Shown in pieces: positions 15,737 through 20,652 of a DNA stretch of 20,652 nt. The position numbers and the translations under genes were made by a program. Source of the DNA: a virus (lineage: Duplodnaviria > Heunggongvirae > Uroviricota > Caudoviricetes); the IMG/VR virus record IMGVR_UViG_3300026512_000004, positions 1 through 20,652 of that record; one strand, given 5' to 3'. Numbering within the stretch: position 1 is the stretch's first letter; every line of letters starts with the position of its first letter. The notes beneath the pieces were generated by a model, which was not told the DNA's origin, did not search any database, and saw only the letters and a program-made list of their open reading frames with translations.

Positions 15737-16225
15737 ATGGCAAGTAACAAAGGTAAACAGAAGGGTAACAAATATGAACGCGATGTAGCTCGTAAACTTA
15801 GTCTCTGGATGTTTAATGATTCTGAAGCACTTTGGCGAAATAGTTCGTCTGGTGCCCGTGGTTATAAAGGCGACATAGTGCCCTACAAACCTATTCCATG
15901 GAAAAGATGGCCGTTTCTTGTTGAGGTTAAAGCAGGTTACTTAAGACAAATGCCTAAAGGTCTATCATATCCAAACATAGTAGAAGAGTGGTTGATTAAA
16001 GCATGTAACCAATTAGGTGGGCAACAAGAGTACGTCTTATTGATTATTAAGTTCCATAGATGTCGTGATGTTCTTATAACTACGAAAGCCAGTTTGATTA
16101 AAACTAGACCTTATTTTATCTTTCTACCTAATTCATCTAAAGTACGCGGTTATGTATACGACTTCGCTACTCTTCTTGCTTCACCTTTTCACAAAACTGT
16201 AAATATGAGAATACTCAAGATTTAA
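15737..16225 (+). CDS. Holliday junction resolvase, Hjc-like PD-(D/E)XK nuclease
   Basis: KQKGNKYERDVARKL, WRNSSSGARGYKGDIV and FLVEVKAG follow the Hjc pattern KG...ER...L...R...SG....D....E.K. Confidence 0.85.
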   Translation: MASNKGKQKGNKYERDVARKLSLWMFNDSEALWRNSSSGARGYKGDIVPYKPIPWKRWPFLVEVKAGYLRQMPKGLSYPNIVEEWLIKACNQLGGQQEYVLLIIKFHRCRDVLITTKASLIKTRPYFIFLPNSSKVRGYVYDFATLLASPFHKTVNMRILKI

Positions 16226-16229
16226 CGAT

Positions 16230-19200
16230 ATGGCGTTAATAAGTAAAATTCACATCAACGAACCAATCGACAGCCTTTACTTTGATCCCAACCATGCGCA
16301 TGTACTATTAGTGTTTTCAGATGCTAAACTATCCACAATAAAAGACTTGCCAATACACTGGTCACAGTGTAGGGCAACGTTAATACCACCTAGTATTAAC
16401 TACGGTCGTAGACGTGTTCTTAGTGGTCTAATTAGTAGGTATAAAAAGGAAATGCCAGAACAGAAATGGATGCTCACTTTTCCACGTCAAATTGAGAATA
16501 ATAAGTTGGTCATTTATGTTATTCATGCTAAAGACTTTGAATATGCCGATTGGATATATTGTAGATGTGGAAGTGAAAAGAAGTTTGTAGATACACTTTT
16601 TACTCGTGTACTCAATAGGTATTACGAAAGTATTAAGAGGAAGTATCCCTATGCCAAAGTACATTTTCTTTTTCATCATACAGACCCAACTAGTTCTTTA
16701 AGATCTGTTTTTGAATATTTAGCAGACAGGCCTCGTGTTTTAGAAGACTACAGAAAGTACATAACAGATGACGTGATACTTGGTGCTGTACCTAATAACA
16801 CTTTATTTGCTATTGTAGATTCTTTTGGCAGACTATCAAGACAAGCTTTGAAAACCATGTTGTTTACTACAGAAGTTGAACCCGAAGAAAAATCTACCAA
16901 ACCTATAAAAGTTAAAAACTCTTTTGTCAAGCCTATAGTTTCTAAGAGTTTACTAAAATCTGCTGTCGATGTTGCTGAAACTCCGAAAGGCAAACCTATC
17001 TACAAAGTTTCTATAACAGAATTAAAGAAAATTCTGCGTAAATATGGTATAAAAGATGAAGCTGCTATTGCTTTGGTAAAAGACGAAGTCGAAGATTATT
17101 TGAATAATGTAAAAGAAGTGAACCCAAATGATTTAGAGAGTGTTATTTTGGACGCAATTTATAGATCTGTTTATGGTACGGAGAGACCAGAAGGACAAGC
17201 TACTGACATTAAATCTTTAGTCGAAACATTGGCCGTTGAAAAGTTTGCCCGTAAATTATCCTATTCAAAGTCGCCAGCAATACCTTTAGATCCAAATGAA
17301 ATCATCGATTTGAAGGAATCTACATCTGCTTTTCGTCATGAAATAGAGTTCGAACATTGGGTTGATAAACACTTCACAGATCTTTTCAAGGCACTTGAAA
17401 CTAGACCTGATAATCCTGTTAAAGTACTTAAAATAGATCGTGAAATTATTGACGAACCTGATAACAGGTATATTAGATATACAGTTACCTTACAGAATAC
17501 TGATTGCGGTTCAAAGAAACCTTATCAAGTTGAATTAAAAGTACCCTATCCTATCAACGGTAGATACTACAGATTGAAAGGGAAACGTTATTTAATTGCT
17601 AATCAATTACACTTACGTCCTATTACTAAAACTAAGAAAAACGAAGTTCGTTTTCTGAGTGCATTCGCTACTATCACCATTAGACTTGTCAATACACGCT
17701 ATACTTTTGACGACATTGAGTTGATGTTAGATTATTTACAAAAGATTTTACCAGATAAAGTTAGAAAAGAAGATGGAGTTTGGGTCTTAGGCGATAATAA
17801 GATTTACTTAGATATTACAAGTCCCGAGATTGTTGTCAGTGAATCTAAACGTATTTATCAAGAAGGTGACACGTTTTTTGTCGAAGAAAATGGAGAAAAA
17901 AGAGAACTTCCCAAATATAAGAGTAGATCACACATATTGTTCGATTTTATTCGTAATTGGTGTATAGATACAACTGGTAAAGATATCCTGCGTCAGGGCA
18001 AAGCAGTACCTTACTTTCAAATTCACATAGCAGGCTTGAAAATGCCACTAATTATTTTCCTGGCTGAACGCATGGGACTTTTGACAGCTTTAAATAAGCT
18101 TAACATAGAGTTTCATATTGCCAAAAAGTTTGATAAAAGGTATACTGTTTCTGTTCCGCTAGAAGGCGGTAATTCTGTTTTTATTGTCGCTTCAAATACT
18201 AAAGAGGAATTTATTGTAAATGGGTTATGTGCTGTTAAAAAGATGCCTACTTTTAAAAATCCAGATGACTATCTTGAGTGGCGTAGGTTTGTGGTCGAAA
18301 GGTACGGTGACAAAATTAAATCTTTTGACGCTGCTGCCAAAAACTTCATAGATCCAATTACACGTGATTTATTACGTTTAGAGGGTAACCCGACCACTTT
18401 TCTTGATGTTATCACAGGACCGATGATCGATCGACTCGTAGATAAGAAGGCAGACGATATTTCCAATTTAGCCATCTATCGCGTGAGATTGTCTGAAATG
18501 CTTTATCACATTATTTTCACACAGATTATGCAAGCTCATTCTAGATATGCTACTAGATGTAAACAAGGTGATGAAAATGCTAGAATGGAGTTTAATTCTG
18601 ACTTTATCATTAACACGTTGTTGTCTGGTTCAGGCGTTTTGATGAACATAGAGCCGTTAAATCCTATGGAAGAAGTGATGCGTTCAAACCGTGTTATAAA
18701 GACCGGTCCTGGTGGAGTTCCCTCTAAACGTATGATTGCTTTAGCTCATAGGAATATTGACAAGTCACATATAGGTAATCTTGGTTTTGTATCCACTTCT
18801 GAATATCAGGACGTCGGTATTCAACTGTATTTAACTACTAATCCTAAAATAAGTAACAGATATGGCATTTTAGGGTTATCAAGCGTAAACAATAAGTGGG
18901 AAGTTGTCACTTGGGACGAAGCAACTATACCTTTTGTTAATGGCCTTGACACTACACGTGCTATAATGGCTACAACACATGCTAAACAGGTGTCGCCGTT
19001 GGTGTCCAGAGAGATACCTTACGTAATGACAGGTGCCGAATACGTAATACCACAGATTTCATCTGATAGATTTGTCATACGTGCCGAAAAACCAGGTGTT
19101 GTTGAGGAAGTTACGGAACATTACATCAAAGTACGTTATGACGATGGAACTGTTAGATATTACGATGTTTTTCCGAGAATTGCTAAGACAAAAAGATCAG

Positions 19201-20652
19201 CTACTGTCGTTCTTAATATGGAAACATTAAAACCAGGTGACCATTTTGAGAAGGGTGAATTGTTAGCTTGGACACAACATTTTAAGGATGGTGTCTATGC
19301 AACAGGTAAAAACCTAAAAATAGCTGTTATGAATTATCTTGGATATAACCACGAAGATGGTTATGTATTGACAGCTGACGCAGCTAGTAAATTGGAGGTT
19401 ACAACTGCTCAAGAAATAGAGGTTTTAATACCAGAAGATGCTAAAGTTTTACAGTTCATTGATAAAGTGGGATATGTAACAGCACCACAGGAAACCTTAT
19501 TGGAGTTTACGTATGACAAGTCTTTAGATGATTATATTCATGAATTAGAAGGTGAAACTGATGTAACTGATATCGATGATGATATGAGAAACAAGTTTTT
19601 CAGAATGTCTGGTAAGACTATCAAGGTTAAAAGTCCAGGTGGTCGTATTGTCGATATACGTATTTATATCAATAGTCCCAGAAAGGTAGATAAAAAGATT
19701 ATAGATGCTTGGAAAAGACTTACAGCAGTGCTTAAAGAGAAGATGACGTTGTGTTCTAAAGATGGTATTCCTGCTACCGACAACTTTGATAGCTCTGTGT
19801 TGAAAACCGGTATACATAAACACAGAGGTGTTCCTTTCAAAGGTGTAAAAATTGTCTTCTACATTAGTTCACCAAAACTAGTTGAAAAAGGTGACAAACT
19901 TGCAAACAGATACGGTGCTAAAGGTATTGTAACACATATCATAGAACCAGATTTCACACCGTATAGTGAATTTCTTGGTCCTCTGGACATCTTCATTTCT
20001 CCTTTGGGTATTTTTGGTCGTAAGAATATCGTATTTTTGAAAGAGATATATACTGGTAAAATAATGTACGTATTAAACCAACGTGTTAAAGAATGGTTGT
20101 CTACTAAAATGAAAACAAGCGAGATTGTATCACGTATTTGTGACGTTTTAAATGCTTTGGGTGCCAAGAGACAAGTTGATTCGCTTAAAAAGGAACTCAA
20201 ACAAGTTAGTAATGTGCGTAAATACTTACAAACTGTCCATATTCCATTGATAGTTCCACCACATACACAGATATCATTTAAGCAATTAGGTGAAGCAGCT
20301 AAATTACTGGGCATACCATTAGATGAACATGTTTATATTCCAGAATTAGGTGCTTGGACAAAACACAAAGTACCTGTTGGAGTATCCTACTACTACGTAT
20401 TAGAACATTATGGCGATCCAACTATAACTGCACGTGCCTCTGAGAAGGTTTCTATGTTAACAGGTCAACCTTTAAAAGGTCGTAGAAAGGGTGGTAAGGC
20501 GATTGCTATTGGTAATTTAGATGTGTATGCTATGCTATCTTGGAACGCGGATAATATACTGACAGAGTTGATGACTGTAAGATCTGATTATCCTGATGCT
20601 AAAATGCAAGTGATTCGTCAAATTATACGTGAAGGACGTGCTAATTTGCCGA
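16230..20652 (+). CDS. rpoB: RNA polymerase beta-like subunit (set B), unsplit, with ~365-aa N-terminal extension; 3'-truncated and absent from the ORF track
   Basis: ATG at 16230 (MALISKIHINEP...); I found no in-frame stop to the window end (about 1474 codons, read by hand). Motifs: LKVPYPINGRYYRLKGKRYLIANQLHLRPI, GPGGVP, HRNIDKSHIGNLGFVSTSEYQDVGI, PFVNGLDTTRAIMATTHAKQ, GKNLKIAVMNYLGYNHEDG, EKGDKLANRYGAKGIV, ISPLGIFGRKN, VLEHY, LTGQPLKGRRKGG, ELMTVRSD. Confidence 0.95.
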   Translation, partial: MALISKIHINEPIDSLYFDPNHAHVLLVFSDAKLSTIKDLPIHWSQCRATLIPPSINYGRRRVLSGLISRYKKEMPEQKWMLTFPRQIENNKLVIYVIHAKDFEYADWIYCRCGSEKKFVDTLFTRVLNRYYESIKRKYPYAKVHFLFHHTDPTSSLRSVFEYLADRPRVLEDYRKYITDDVILGAVPNNTLFAIVDSFGRLSRQALKTMLFTTEVEPEEKSTKPIKVKNSFVKPIVSKSLLKSAVDVAETPKGKPIYKVSITELKKILRKYGIKDEAAIALVKDEVEDYLNNVKEVNPNDLESVILDAIYRSVYGTERPEGQATDIKSLVETLAVEKFARKLSYSKSPAIPLDPNEIIDLKESTSAFRHEIEFEHWVDKHFTDLFKALETRPDNPVKVLKIDREIIDEPDNRYIRYTVTLQNTDCGSKKPYQVELKVPYPINGRYYRLKGKRYLIANQLHLRPITKTKKNEVRFLSAFATITIRLVNTRYTFDDIELMLDYLQKILPDKVRKEDGVWVLGDNKIYLDITSPEIVVSESKRIYQEGDTFFVEENGEKRELPKYKSRSHILFDFIRNWCIDTTGKDILRQGKAVPYFQIHIAGLKMPLIIFLAERMGLLTALNKLNIEFHIAKKFDKRYTVSVPLEGGNSVFIVASNTKEEFIVNGLCAVKKMPTFKNPDDYLEWRRFVVERYGDKIKSFDAAAKNFIDPITRDLLRLEGNPTTFLDVITGPMIDRLVDKKADDISNLAIYRVRLSEMLYHIIFTQIMQAHSRYATRCKQGDENARMEFNSDFIINTLLSGSGVLMNIEPLNPMEEVMRSNRVIKTGPGGVPSKRMIALAHRNIDKSHIGNLGFVSTSEYQDVGIQLYLTTNPKISNRYGILGLSSVNNKWEVVTWDEATIPFVNGLDTTRAIMATTHAKQVSPLVSREIPYVMTGAEYVIPQISSDRFVIRAEKPGVVEEVTEHYIKVRYDDGTVRYYDVFPRIAKTKRSATVVLNMETLKPGDHFEKGELLAWTQHFKDGVYATGKNLKIAVMNYLGYNHEDGYVLTADAASKLEVTTAQEIEVLIPEDAKVLQFIDKVGYVTAPQETLLEFTYDKSLDDYIHELEGETDVTDIDDDMRNKFFRMSGKTIKVKSPGGRIVDIRIYINSPRKVDKKIIDAWKRLTAVLKEKMTLCSKDGIPATDNFDSSVLKTGIHKHRGVPFKGVKIVFYISSPKLVEKGDKLANRYGAKGIVTHIIEPDFTPYSEFLGPLDIFISPLGIFGRKNIVFLKEIYTGKIMYVLNQRVKEWLSTKMKTSEIVSRICDVLNALGAKRQVDSLKKELKQVSNVRKYLQTVHIPLIVPPHTQISFKQLGEAAKLLGIPLDEHVYIPELGAWTKHKVPVGVSYYYVLEHYGDPTITARASEKVSMLTGQPLKGRRKGGKAIAIGNLDVYAMLSWNADNILTELMTVRSDYPDAKMQVIRQIIREGRANLP

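Noticed and set aside
184-20314. All minus-strand ORFs in the track (184-414, 3277-3468, 4310-4513, 5293-5478, 7456-7710, 8231-8422, 9583-9948, 11580-11783, 12252-12434, 14685-14906, 16428-16679, 16748-16993, 18269-18475, 19545-19823, 19859-20314)
   Set aside because: They lie wholly or largely antisense to + strand genes, mostly ones with clear motifs, show no recognisable motifs themselves, and look like shadow ORFs. The last five lie inside the unlisted 16230->20652 beta gene.
2-20652. Stop-codon reassignment (e.g. TAG to Gln, seen in some large phages)
   Set aside because: Long conserved ORFs contain no in-frame TAG or TGA, TAG ends genes at homologous C-termini, and reading through the beta'N TAG hits TGA within four codons.
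10981-20652. Group I introns, inteins or homing endonucleases in the RNAP genes
   Set aside because: Conserved motifs are collinear without large insertions; no intein C/S...HN-C/S/T junction or HNH/GIY-YIG/LAGLIDADG motif was recognised.
2-20652. Cellular rpoBC locus or eukaryotic giant-virus origin
   Set aside because: Duplicated, split and highly divergent subunits with no ribosomal-protein neighbours, adjacent gp13/PAAR tail genes, Shine-Dalgarno sites and overlapping genes all point to a tailed prokaryotic virus.

Overview
AT-rich, gene-dense window with all real genes on the + strand, most likely from a large (jumbo-type) tailed prokaryotic DNA virus with a contractile tail. It encodes parts of two paralogous, highly divergent multi-subunit (beta/beta'-type) RNA polymerases. 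Set A (2-3994) is a 5'-truncated beta' C-part, a very short beta N-part and a beta C-part. Set B (10981->20652) is a beta' N-part with the catalytic GDFDGD, a beta' C-part, and an unsplit beta of >1470 aa with a ~365-aa N-terminal extension. That last ORF starts at 16230, runs off the window and is missing from the supplied ORF track. An SF2 helicase gene sits between the two set-B beta' halves. Interspersed are T4-like virion genes (gp13-like neck, PAAR spike tip, possible baseplate hub), DNA-metabolism genes (5'-3' exonuclease, Hjc-type resolvase, a Whirly-like putative SSB), a TGT/DpdA-like transglycosylase suggesting 7-deazaguanine DNA modification, and a small basic Cys-containing protein resembling a family I recall from eukaryotic giant viruses. 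All family calls come from motif recognition by eye; no searches were run.
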